Part shown: positions 9,376 through 18,542 of the stretch, in pieces
Layout: the number at the start of each line of letters is the position of its first letter
Numbering within the stretch: the first letter of the stretch is position 1
Source: a plasmid
Strand: one strand, 5' to 3'
Length of the DNA stretch: 64,000 nucleotides
Sequence record: AP029160.1
Translations under genes and position numbers: made by a program
The notes under the pieces: model-generated
The model's database searches: none
The model's input: the letters and a program-made list of their open reading frames with translations, nothing else
What the model was told of the DNA's origin: nothing

Positions 9376-9428
9376 AATTTAAATATTTTTTTATCATTAA
9401 TTTTTCATTTCGATTAAGATTCATAAGC

Positions 9429-10331
9429 TTATTTTACCGCACCACTATCAATCAATGAGTGTTCTTTATGAGCATTTAACATTTGTTCATCATCAATTTT
9501 TCTTTCTCTTGATTCTAAATTTTTATAAATATAATCATCTCCATTTGTCTTTTCAGTAAGATGAAAATGTTTTAGTTTTAGCTCTATGTTTTCACGTTTA
9601 AGGGCTTCTTCTTTTTTAATTGACTCTAATTTCTCTAATAAAACAGCTTTATCAATTTCAAGCTTTTGAATGCTAAGAGCATTTAGTTCTGCTTTTTTAA
9701 GCCTTTCTTCAAGTTCCATAATTTTTTTCTTAGCTTCAAATTCCCTCTCTTCATAAGCACTATTCAATTTATTTTTATCCTCAAGTTGCTTCTTTAAGAT
9801 TGCAAGATCGCTTAAAAGCTGATTCATTTTTGCTTCTTGATTTTCAATAATATCTCTTAAAGATAAAATTTCTTTTTCTTTTGCTTCAAGCTCAAATCTT
9901 TGCTTCTCTTTATTTTGCAATACAAGATCAGTAAATTTTGCTTCTAATTCTTGATTTTTGCGTTCAAATTCCTCTTGTAGTTTTCCTTCTAATCCCTTTT
10001 TATATTCTTCAAATTCCCCCCTCTCTCTATTGAGTTCTTGCAATTCTTTTTTAGCTTGTTCCTGCATTTCAAATGCAATCAAGAGTTGCGAGCGATTAAG
10101 CTGGTTCAATCGGTTTGTGAGAATATCCACTTCTGCCAATGCTTTTTTTTGCTCGCTTTCTTCAGGTAGTGTTTGCATTTTAAAGGCTTCAACAGCGGCT
10201 TTAAAATATTGTTGCGGTTTCATTCCAGAGCGGTTGATTTCATTTTGAAAAAATTCACGCTCCTCAATAGAACTACAACGAAATTGGATTCTTGGATCAA
10301 TTTTTGAGGTGTTTACTTCTTCTATTGTCAT
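9429..10331 (-). CDS. coiled-coil protein with MobC-like RHH N-terminus
   Basis: N-terminus RIQFRCSSIEEREFFQNEINRSGMKPQQYFKAAV resembles the MobC ribbon-helix-helix. The remainder is heptad-rich E/K coiled coil. Confidence 0.35.
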   Translation of the reverse strand: MTIEEVNTSKIDPRIQFRCSSIEEREFFQNEINRSGMKPQQYFKAAVEAFKMQTLPEESEQKKALAEVDILTNRLNQLNRSQLLIAFEMQEQAKKELQELNRERGEFEEYKKGLEGKLQEEFERKNQELEAKFTDLVLQNKEKQRFELEAKEKEILSLRDIIENQEAKMNQLLSDLAILKKQLEDKNKLNSAYEEREFEAKKKIMELEERLKKAELNALSIQKLEIDKAVLLEKLESIKKEEALKRENIELKLKHFHLTEKTNGDDYIYKNLESRERKIDDEQMLNAHKEHSLIDSGAVK

Positions 10332-10522
10332 TTAAATTTCCCTTTTCGATTGAATTATTTTTTTAAAGATAAATTCATTATTCCTATACTTATCAATACC
10401 TTCTATTTTAGCGAATTCAGTGTTTTTATTTATTGTGATTTGATTTTTTGGAATTTGGTCTGGAGCATCTCCCATGATTGTAGCTTCAGGAACATTATTT
10501 TTTTTATGTATAAAAGCACTTC

Positions 10523-10987
10523 TTAATTCATAATTTTTAAAAAAAAATCGACTCTAATACAATTATCAGAAATAATTTCATAAAAATGAAAACCACTTTT
10601 TATTTTAACATTATTAATTTTAATATCTTTTTCAAGAGCAACTATATTTTGATTTTTAAAAAAATTTAATTTTTGAATTTTATCACTTTTTTCAGGATTG
10701 AATATAGTATCCTGAACAGCATCAAAATTCATTATAAAGAGCGATTTTTGATCTTTTCCATGCTCTTTATTTTTTGAATATTCTTTAAAAAATGTATTTA
10801 ATCTTTTATCTAGTTTTTGTTTTATATAATATTTTTTTATTGTTGGACAAGCGAGAAATATAAGAGTACCAACGGTTCCTATTGCAGCAACCCATGTTCC
10901 TATTGCGGTTATAAAATACCATGCGGTATCCCAAGTCCATTTTGAATCAATAATATGTTTAAATTGACAAAAAATATAATCAAACAT
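10523..10987 (-). CDS. membrane protein (start trimmed to internal Met to avoid overlap with the integrase)
   Basis: Predicted TM segment WYFITAIGTWVAAIGTVGTLIFLA. Lies downstream of the integrase. Confidence 0.3.
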   Translation of the reverse strand: MFDYIFCQFKHIIDSKWTWDTAWYFITAIGTWVAAIGTVGTLIFLACPTIKKYYIKQKLDKRLNTFFKEYSKNKEHGKDQKSLFIMNFDAVQDTIFNPEKSDKIQKLNFFKNQNIVALEKDIKINNVKIKSGFHFYEIISDNCIRVDFFLKIMN

Positions 10988-12014
10988 TTTTATCTCCTCT
11001 TTCTTTTTGATATTTAACTTTTCTTGCTGCACTTTCTTTTTCTTCATCGGTTTTCCGGATGTACATCATGGTGGTCATCATACTTTTATGACCAAGGAGA
11101 TCTTGAATTTCAGACAAGGGAACCCCATTCCTGTGAAGATGACTTGCAACAGTGGCACGGCAGGAGTGCGGGCTAATTTCTTTTGTAATTCCATGCTCAC
11201 GCGCAATACTTGTCACCATGCGCGCAAGGTAATCCCGATTGATTGGTTTTTTTGAGAACGGTGTAAGAGCAAAGAGAAAATCCTCTTTTTTAGCAAGAGG
11301 TCTTAAAGTAACAATGTAGCTTTTAAGGAGTGCGGCTAATTCATCACTTATTAAGGGAGCATGAATTTCTCCGCCTTTGATTTTCAAATGCAGCCTAGGG
11401 TATTTTCCTGTCAGGTCCAGATCTTTAATTTTGAGGGAACACAATTCTGTTGCTCTCATCCCTACGTGTGAGAGCGTGCTAAAAACGATGAAGCGAAGCC
11501 ATGCCCGATAATCCTCTTTTACTTTAAGAGGGTTTGTTGCTTTCTTATAGGACTCTTCGAGCGACTCTAAAATGCGAGCAATCTCTGCTTCTGATAATGC
11601 CTCTGTTTTCCCTTTAGATTTCTGTACTTTAGGCAAGCGTATGGCAGCCCCAGCATTTCTATCCACCCATCCTTCTTGAAACGAAAATTTAAGGAAGGAC
11701 AAAAGCGGAGAAAGCTTTGCGCACACCGAAGACGGCGGGTATGTGGCCAAAAGATAGCGTTTGTACGCATCCACATGATCTCGTTGAATTTCAGCGAGGC
11801 TTGCAAACGCAACCCCTTTTTCTAAACAAAATGCAAAAAAATCCCTTAAATGACGGGCATAATTTTGTCGTGTGTTATCACTTACATAACTGCCTAAAAA
11901 TCGAGCTTGTTTTAAGGCGATTTCAGGGGGGGATTTTTCAAAGTTGGTACTAGGAGACCCCCCAATTGAAGTTGAAGGTTGCTCTATGGATTGGCAATAT
12001 TGAGTTTCAGGCAT
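10980..12014 (-). CDS. tyrosine site-specific recombinase/integrase
   Basis: C-terminal catalytic signature HSCRATVASHL...LLGHKSMMTTMMYI (R..HxxR..Y). Confidence 0.85.
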   Translation of the reverse strand: MPETQYCQSIEQPSTSIGGSPSTNFEKSPPEIALKQARFLGSYVSDNTRQNYARHLRDFFAFCLEKGVAFASLAEIQRDHVDAYKRYLLATYPPSSVCAKLSPLLSFLKFSFQEGWVDRNAGAAIRLPKVQKSKGKTEALSEAEIARILESLEESYKKATNPLKVKEDYRAWLRFIVFSTLSHVGMRATELCSLKIKDLDLTGKYPRLHLKIKGGEIHAPLISDELAALLKSYIVTLRPLAKKEDFLFALTPFSKKPINRDYLARMVTSIAREHGITKEISPHSCRATVASHLHRNGVPLSEIQDLLGHKSMMTTMMYIRKTDEEKESAARKVKYQKERGDKNV

Positions 12015-12338
12015 CCGTACCCTCCTCTAAATGTGCTTTTTAAGTCAATTTAAAATTTTTTGTCACACTCATGTATACAAAGTAAATTTAAACTTGTCCA
12101 TGTATCCAAAGCGTCACCTTTTTGTATCCAAGATTTTAAATGTCACCATAAAGGATACAAAATCGCATAATATACATTATGCGACAAGTAAAACCAAATT
12201 TTCGCCAAAAAACCATAGGAAGATTTTATTTCAGACTTTTAAAAATAAGAATAAGATTGAATTATAAAGCTTTAAAGATGGTTTATGATTCATAACCACA
12301 ACGAGTAGCGAAATAAGAAGGTCTCTGTTAGGCTCCCC

Positions 12339-12956
12339 ATGATTTCTTTCAAAGGAGAGAAAATGGAAAACCCAAAATCACCGTTTGCAATTGCTCACTA
12401 TATTTATAGCGAAATAAACAAAGGTAAATCCAGCCATACTCTTGAAAGAGAGCTTAAACTTAGTAAATACTATATAAATAAACATATTTGGCTCTGCACA
12501 TGGCCAAAAGAACTTGTTGATTCCTGTTTATTCTATCCTGATATTTTTACACCTCGCATTTTATTTTCCACATTTGCTTCAAGACAAAAATATTATTCAA
12601 AAAATGAATTTGAATACCTTAGAACAGAAATTGAAAAATTAATTCAAAAAGGTGCTAAACATAAGCCCAGGAAAGCAGTCAATTACCCCAAAATGAGGGC
12701 AGGCGGTTCTCTTATAACACAAAGAGTTAGAAAAGAAAATCTTAAAAAAATTGAAAAAGAATTAGCTATAAAAAAGAAAATAAATGAAGAATTGAAATTG
12801 AATTTAGAAGAACTTTTGTATTATCAACAGCAATTTAAAGAACTTCTTGGATTTCATGTTGTAGTACAATATTCTAAATCAAAACAAGAGGGAGAAATCA
12901 GAATCAACTTTAAAAATGAAAAAGATTTAGATTATTTACTCAGTAAAATGAACTAA
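12339..12956 (+). CDS. hypothetical protein (205 aa), possibly DNA-binding
   Basis: ORF track. Basic and lysine-rich. Located in the integrase islet. Confidence 0.35.
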   Translation: MISFKGEKMENPKSPFAIAHYIYSEINKGKSSHTLERELKLSKYYINKHIWLCTWPKELVDSCLFYPDIFTPRILFSTFASRQKYYSKNEFEYLRTEIEKLIQKGAKHKPRKAVNYPKMRAGGSLITQRVRKENLKKIEKELAIKKKINEELKLNLEELLYYQQQFKELLGFHVVVQYSKSKQEGEIRINFKNEKDLDYLLSKMN

Positions 12957-13014
12957 AAAATCAGGATAAAATTTGATGTATTTAAATACAAATGAAATTT
13001 ATAAGTAGAATCAT

Positions 13015-13650
13015 ATGCAAAATCAAGAAATATATCATTTCACACATAAAGATAATATTGTTTCTATTATTAAAAGTAATGGGATTTTTTCAACAAATAA
13101 TGGTAAAATAAATAAAATTGAATTTAAAGATGCTTCTTATCTTAATATTCAGGATCGAAGAAGTCGCGCTCTAGTCAATACAAAAATAAATGGTGTTTTA
13201 CATGATTATATACCTTTTTATTTTGCTCCTCGCTCTCCAATGTTATACGCCCACTATAAGAACAAAGTAACTTCTAAAATAAAACAGTCGGATTTGGTAT
13301 ACTTGGTATCTTCCATTGGTTCTGTGGTAAACGATAAATTAAATTATGCTTTTACTGACGGCCATGCTGCTCAAAACATATCTAGTTTTTTTGATGATTT
13401 AAAAGATCTCAATCAAATAGATTGGCCCCTGATGAAAGATAAAATGTGGAATAATACTTTGGAAGATACGGACAGGACAAGACGCAGGCAAGCTGAATTC
13501 CTGGTAAAAGATTTTTTTCCATTTCAATTAGTTCATAAAATTGGGGTCTTTGATGAAAGTAATAAAAAATACATTATATCCATTCTAAAAAATAATGATA
13601 AAGAAAATATGGTAAAACATGTTTTTATCGAACGTTATTGGTATTTTTAG
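13015..13650 (+). CDS. darT: DarT ssDNA ADP-ribosyltransferase toxin (DUF4433)
   Basis: YHFTH N-terminus, HDYIPFYFAPRSPMLY motif, RRQAEFLV catalytic-Glu motif. A macrodomain partner gene follows. Confidence 0.8.
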   Translation: MQNQEIYHFTHKDNIVSIIKSNGIFSTNNGKINKIEFKDASYLNIQDRRSRALVNTKINGVLHDYIPFYFAPRSPMLYAHYKNKVTSKIKQSDLVYLVSSIGSVVNDKLNYAFTDGHAAQNISSFFDDLKDLNQIDWPLMKDKMWNNTLEDTDRTRRRQAEFLVKDFFPFQLVHKIGVFDESNKKYIISILKNNDKENMVKHVFIERYWYF

Positions 13651-13659
13651 GGGGCAAAG

Positions 13660-14694
13660 ATGATTGAAAATAAATATGAAGATCTACTTGATAGCCAAAC
13701 TGAAGCTCTTGTAAATACTGTCAATTGCGTTGGGGTTATGGGGAAAGGGATTGCATTGCAATTTAAAAAAGCATGGCCAGATAATTTTAAAGCATACGCA
13801 AGTGCTTGTAAAAAAGGTGAAATACGCCCTGGAAAAATGTTTGTTTTTGAAACTAAAAACAAACTTATTATAAATTTCCCAACTAAAGTTCATTGGAAAG
13901 AAAAGTCAAAAATTGATTTTATTATAGAAGGTCTTGAAGACCTTGTTAAAGTTATTGAAAAATATAAAATTAAATCTATCGCTCTTCCTCCTCTTGGTTG
14001 CGGAAATGGAGGGCTGAATTGGAAAGATGTTCAGCCACTCATTACTAAAGCATTTAAATCATTTCCTGATGTTCAAGTTTTTTTATACCCCCCCGCTGAA
14101 AATCGAGTTGTAAAAAAAGTTTCTCTCCAGAAAGAAAATTTAAAAATGACTCCAGGGAGAGCAGCCTTATTATCATTAATGCATTTTTATCGTGGCGGAG
14201 CTTACCCACTGACTAAAATTGAAATTCAAAAGCTCGCTTATTTTTTACAGAACGCAGGTGAACCCTTGCGTTTAAAATATGAAAAACTCCACTTTGGACC
14301 TTATGCTGAGAATTTAAATCATGCTCTTCAAAATATGGAAGGTCACTTCATTCTTGGATTTGGGGATAGACAACAGCGTTCAGAGATTCGACCAGTAGCT
14401 CATGCTTTAGAAAAAGCTCATGAATTTCTTAGTGAGTATCCTGAAACTCGTGAAAGAATTCAAATTGTATCAAAATTAATTGAAGGATTTGAAGATTCAT
14501 TTGGTCTTGAACTTTTAGCAACAGTGCATTGGGTTCTGCAAAATGAACAAATATCACCTCAAACCATCGAAGAAACAACAAAACATATCCATCGTTGGAA
14601 TGAGCGCAAAAAATTAATTATAAAAGAATCACAAGTAGCTGTTGCTATGAAAAGATTAAGTGAACACAATTGGATCATTATTAATAAGAACTAA
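13660..14694 (+). CDS. darG: DarG antitoxin (N-terminal macrodomain)
   Basis: Macrodomain motifs NTVNCVGVMGKGIALQFK and ALPPLGCGNGGL. Begins 10 bp after darT. Confidence 0.8.
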   Translation: MIENKYEDLLDSQTEALVNTVNCVGVMGKGIALQFKKAWPDNFKAYASACKKGEIRPGKMFVFETKNKLIINFPTKVHWKEKSKIDFIIEGLEDLVKVIEKYKIKSIALPPLGCGNGGLNWKDVQPLITKAFKSFPDVQVFLYPPAENRVVKKVSLQKENLKMTPGRAALLSLMHFYRGGAYPLTKIEIQKLAYFLQNAGEPLRLKYEKLHFGPYAENLNHALQNMEGHFILGFGDRQQRSEIRPVAHALEKAHEFLSEYPETRERIQIVSKLIEGFEDSFGLELLATVHWVLQNEQISPQTIEETTKHIHRWNERKKLIIKESQVAVAMKRLSEHNWIIINKN

Positions 14695-15028
14695 AGTCTT
14701 ACACATATCATTTGACGTCATACGCAACAGCTCTTCAGAAATAGGTAGGCGGTAAGTAACTCTTCCAAATAGGGCGATATTGGTATTTAAATAATTATAA
14801 TTATTATTTAAACTAGAAAGTTTTTTTTTAATTCTGCCATTACTCAATTTAAAATGTATTTATTGGCAGTTTAATTTTGGCATGAGTTATGGCAGAGAAC
14901 TATCCGCTAAAACAGATGCAAAAACACCTCGAAGTTAATTATGCCAAAAACCTTGGTTTACGGCAGAAAATTTAAATAGATAGATGTAACGGCGCGCATT
15001 CCTAGGAGCATGGGCGCGCACTTATCCG

Positions 15029-15140
15029 AAAATTTGGGCGCAAATTAATTGAAATTATCGTTTTGCTTCGGCGCACATTAAATGAAAACGAGAGAATCTC
15101 GGCGCACGCTATTTGAAATCGGGCGCAAGATAATTGAATC
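15029..15140. repeat. GGCGCA-unit repeat element, copy 1 (4 units)
   Basis: Tandem units (G)GGCGCA(A/C)-AT-rich-TTGAA. A second copy at 46563..46648 lacks one unit. Confidence 0.5.
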
Positions 15141-15253
15141 TATAATAATTCTCATTGAAGCCTAAAATAACTCAAAAATGTATCTCAAATAAATCATTTG
15201 AATTATAAAAATTATTAATTTAGAATATAAAAAAATAAAGAAGGATTAAAATT

Positions 15254-15991
15254 ATGTTATTTTTAAAAATATTAATTTTGTTTCTATTTAATATATATTT
15301 TTCATTGAATATTTATTCAAATGATTTTTTAAAGGGTGGATGTGAATCAGATTTTCCACCTTATAATTTTTATGCGAATAATAAGCTAGTAGGTATAGAC
15401 ACAGAAATTATTAGTTTAGTATTAAATAAAATGGGTGTTCATTTTACTGTCGAAACATATCCTTGGTCAAGGGTTATTATATTGCTTCAAAAACAGGAAT
15501 TAGATTTTGCATGGCAATTTATTGATACTCCAGAGAGAAGAATGGATTTTAGTTTAGCAGGACCAATAAGAAGTGGTGAAACTGTTTTTTTTGTACCTAA
15601 AGACTCTAAAATAAAATCTTGGAATCAATTATCTGATTTTAAAAACCTTGTTATAGGAACTACAAGAGGTTATAAATATACTAATGAGTTTGATAATAAT
15701 AAAGATTTAAAAAAAGAGGAATCTAATAACAATCAAACACTGGTTTTAAAAACTATTGGTAAAAGAGTTGATTTATCTATTGGAGATAAAAACACCATCC
15801 TTTATATATTAAAAACAACAAATAATTTAAATAAAATCAGATTTTTAGAAAAACCATTAAAAATCGTACCAAGATTTGTTGGATTTTCTAAAAATCACTT
15901 TAAATTGTCTAAAAAATTCCAATTAACTTTAGAGAAGGTTATTAACAAAAAAGAATATAATGATATAATAAATAAATATATCAATGATTAA
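15254..15991 (+). CDS. family-3 solute-binding protein (SBP_bac_3-like)
   Basis: Signal peptide, then TEIISLVLNKMGVHFTVETYPWSRV, a periplasmic amino-acid-binding fold pattern. Confidence 0.55.
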   Translation: MLFLKILILFLFNIYFSLNIYSNDFLKGGCESDFPPYNFYANNKLVGIDTEIISLVLNKMGVHFTVETYPWSRVIILLQKQELDFAWQFIDTPERRMDFSLAGPIRSGETVFFVPKDSKIKSWNQLSDFKNLVIGTTRGYKYTNEFDNNKDLKKEESNNNQTLVLKTIGKRVDLSIGDKNTILYILKTTNNLNKIRFLEKPLKIVPRFVGFSKNHFKLSKKFQLTLEKVINKKEYNDIINKYIND

Positions 15992-16755
15992 TTACAATAT
16001 TTAATTAATTTATTTCCTATTATTTTATTGTAAACACCATTTTTTCTTATTTTTTGCAATGAATTATTGAATTTTTTAAGAATTATTTTTGAATTTTTAA
16101 ACTGTTTAGAAAATATAAGTCCATTATTATTTTTCTCTTCAAAGTCATTTATTAAGGATTTAAAATTTAAAATCTCTTTATTAAAATTTTCTTTTATGGA
16201 ATTTTCAAATACAAGTTCTTCTGCAATAGCTATATCAATTCGACCGGATTTTAATTTCCATAATAAACTATTATTATCATTTGATTCTTCAAAATTTATA
16301 TTATTTCTTTCAAGTGCATTTTTATAAGAAGCGCCTCTTAAAAAGCCAATAGTATATTTATTTAAATCAGAAATTTTATCAAATTTAAAATCTTTTCCAT
16401 TATTACTTTTTTTATAATAGAATAATTTACTTCTTCCACAAAAAATAGCTTCTGATAAAAAATATTTCTTTCGTCTTCCTGTGTTAAATCGATATGGAAA
16501 GGCAGCAAAAACAGTTCCAGACTCAACTAATTTTTCCGCTCTTACCCAAGGGTAAAAGTCAATTTTACAATCTATATCAGCCTCTTTACAAACTGCCATA
16601 ATTATCTCTGAATAAAATCCAAAATTATTTAACTTTTCTGAGACATAAGGAGGATATTCTCCAGTTACAAATGTAATAATCTCTTTAGAATAGACATTAA
16701 AATTAAATAATAAGACATTTGAAAATATTGCGATATAAATTATATGATTCTTCAT
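15988..16755 (-). CDS. family-3 solute-binding protein (SBP_bac_3-like)
   Basis: Signal peptide. ITFVTGEYPPY...YPWVRAEKL. Confidence 0.55.
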   Translation of the reverse strand: MKNHIIYIAIFSNVLLFNFNVYSKEIITFVTGEYPPYVSEKLNNFGFYSEIIMAVCKEADIDCKIDFYPWVRAEKLVESGTVFAAFPYRFNTGRRKKYFLSEAIFCGRSKLFYYKKSNNGKDFKFDKISDLNKYTIGFLRGASYKNALERNNINFEESNDNNSLLWKLKSGRIDIAIAEELVFENSIKENFNKEILNFKSLINDFEEKNNNGLIFSKQFKNSKIILKKFNNSLQKIRKNGVYNKIIGNKLIKYCN

Positions 16756-16789
16756 TTATATATCCTATATTTGAATTTAATATTGATTT

Positions 16790-17749
16790 CTAACTTATTC
16801 CTAATTTAAGAATTTCTTGATTGAATTCTTGAGCCTTAGAACCGACTAATTGACCTTTTAAAAACAATCTTAGCTCATTATTTTTTGAATTTAACAAATC
16901 GCATAAATATCTATTTGTGTATCCATTTCTAGCTAATTTTGCATCAAGGCCATTTATTTCAGGAACAAGAACAGACTGAACAATTTCTTTCGTAACAGGT
17001 TTAACACCTATCATGTATGCTTTTTGTAAAGAACTGCTCAAATACTTTATCACTTGTAATGGAGTTAAAAGACTTTCACCAGGTAATTCTATTGCATCTT
17101 GATTTAATATATCTTTTGGTTTGATATTTTCTGATACGGCTTGTTTTATTATCCATTCGCAATATTTCGCCTTGTTTTCAAGAACACTAAACATATGACT
17201 TCTTGCACCAATTTCTTCATTTTTGGGATGATTTAGTTCGTTGCTAAGCTTTGGTTGGCCTACAAGAATAAATGTAATTTTCCCTTCAGTATCTTTATCT
17301 AACTCTCGAATCTTTTTAAGTCCAATGAAGGTTTGTGTATTTAATTCATGTGCATCATCAATGAGTAAAACAAGATTTTTTTTGTGTTTGTTTAACAGCT
17401 CAATAAGCTTTCTTTCTTTTTTTTCAGCTTTCATGTAACTACCTATATTTTTTTCTTTTACAAGATCTGAAAAAAATGCGCTAAAAATAAGAGGAATTGA
17501 AACTGCTTGTTTTTCTGTGGAAAGAGAGCGACAAACAATTATATTCTTTTCTTCTTGTAATTTTTTTAAGGTTTTATCAAGCAAAGTCGTTTTACCAGAA
17601 CATGATAAGCCTGTAACAACAACAATTCCTCCTAATCTTATACTAAAATGTAAGTCATCCATTAGTTTTTTAGATTTTTCATTTTCAAAATAAGGGACAT
17701 CTGAAAATCTTTTTAATATTCCAAAGTGATTCATCACATCAACTTCCAT
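16790..17749 (-). CDS. TniB-like AAA+ ATPase (transposition helper), paralog
   Basis: Walker A GLSCSGKTT, Walker B LLIDDAHEL. Homologous to 36703..37686. Confidence 0.7.
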   Translation of the reverse strand: MEVDVMNHFGILKRFSDVPYFENEKSKKLMDDLHFSIRLGGIVVVTGLSCSGKTTLLDKTLKKLQEEKNIIVCRSLSTEKQAVSIPLIFSAFFSDLVKEKNIGSYMKAEKKERKLIELLNKHKKNLVLLIDDAHELNTQTFIGLKKIRELDKDTEGKITFILVGQPKLSNELNHPKNEEIGARSHMFSVLENKAKYCEWIIKQAVSENIKPKDILNQDAIELPGESLLTPLQVIKYLSSSLQKAYMIGVKPVTKEIVQSVLVPEINGLDAKLARNGYTNRYLCDLLNSKNNELRLFLKGQLVGSKAQEFNQEILKLGIS

Positions 17750-17766
17750 ATTGACCTCATTTATAT

Positions 17767-18470
17767 TTAATCATTCACACATGTTCTGATTGTAAAAAAC
17801 ATTTTAATCTTTTCCATAAGGATCTTTTTACATAAAGATTCTGAAATAAATTGCTCTATTTGGTTTATTTGATTATCCAATAAAATTGAGAGAGGCTTTC
17901 CTAAATACATAGATATTGCTATTTTTGCATCTATTGGGTCTTTAAAAAATAATTCACTTTCATCATATTCTTTAAATGGAATAAATTTATCTACATTTTC
18001 TTCAATAAAACCTGTCTTCTTTATTACATCTATTATTTCTTTATCTTCACAATTCATTGTCATTATTGCTCTAGGAATTTTAATACTTTTTACTAAAGAA
18101 CTTATTTCTTCATCTTGTTTTTCATTTTTTGTTTTTTTAAATGAGCGATAAGTTCCTAATGGAATAGGATCTTCTGACTTATAAAAAGGACCAAATTTTT
18201 CACCATTAAATTCAGCATAAACTTCATAATCAAAAACTCCTACTAAAATTGTTACTATTTCTCCAGCCATTTCTGGTAATAATTGATATTGAATTCCATC
18301 TAATTTAATTCTTGCATCTGAGCTGACTTTTCTCTCAACTGGTTCACGCGCCATTTGACAAAATTTCTCCCAAGAACACATTTTGCTGTAACCTTTTTCA
18401 GGTAAGTTTAATTTGGGGTTATTTGCAAGAATCCCCGAGATTGTATACCAAAGCTGACTTATTATTGAAA
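17767..18470 (-). pseudogene. TniA-like transposase, C-terminal fragment only
   Basis: Aligns to the C-terminal ~235 aa of 37697..38893 (MCSWEKF...REPVER...LDGIQY). The N-terminal DDE core is missing. The ORF 5' end beyond 18470 is unrelated. Confidence 0.6.
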
Positions 18471-18542
18471 ATAGAGGATATCTTTGTTTTTGACGAGTAT
18501 AAAATCCAAGTACCTGCGTGAGAATCATAACGATGATGATTC

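Noticed and set aside
12031-12267. ORF 12031..12267 upstream of the integrase.
   Set aside because: Lies over the repeat-rich integrase promoter region. Lysine/asparagine-rich AT-rich read-through, no RBS.
15018-15030. DnaA-box-like sequence CTTATCCGAAAA near the GGCGCA repeats, considered as a replication-origin signature.
   Set aside because: Only a single 7/9 match to TTATCCACA. No cluster of boxes or adjacent dnaA/dnaN, so oriC is not supported.
18504-18538. Inverted repeat GTGAGAATCAT-aacg-ATGATTCTCAC just beyond the Tn3 tnpA stop, considered as the Tn3 terminal IR.
   Set aside because: Does not resemble the GGGG-initiated 38-bp Tn3-family IR, and no matching copy lies beyond tnpR. More likely a transcription terminator or a junction artefact.
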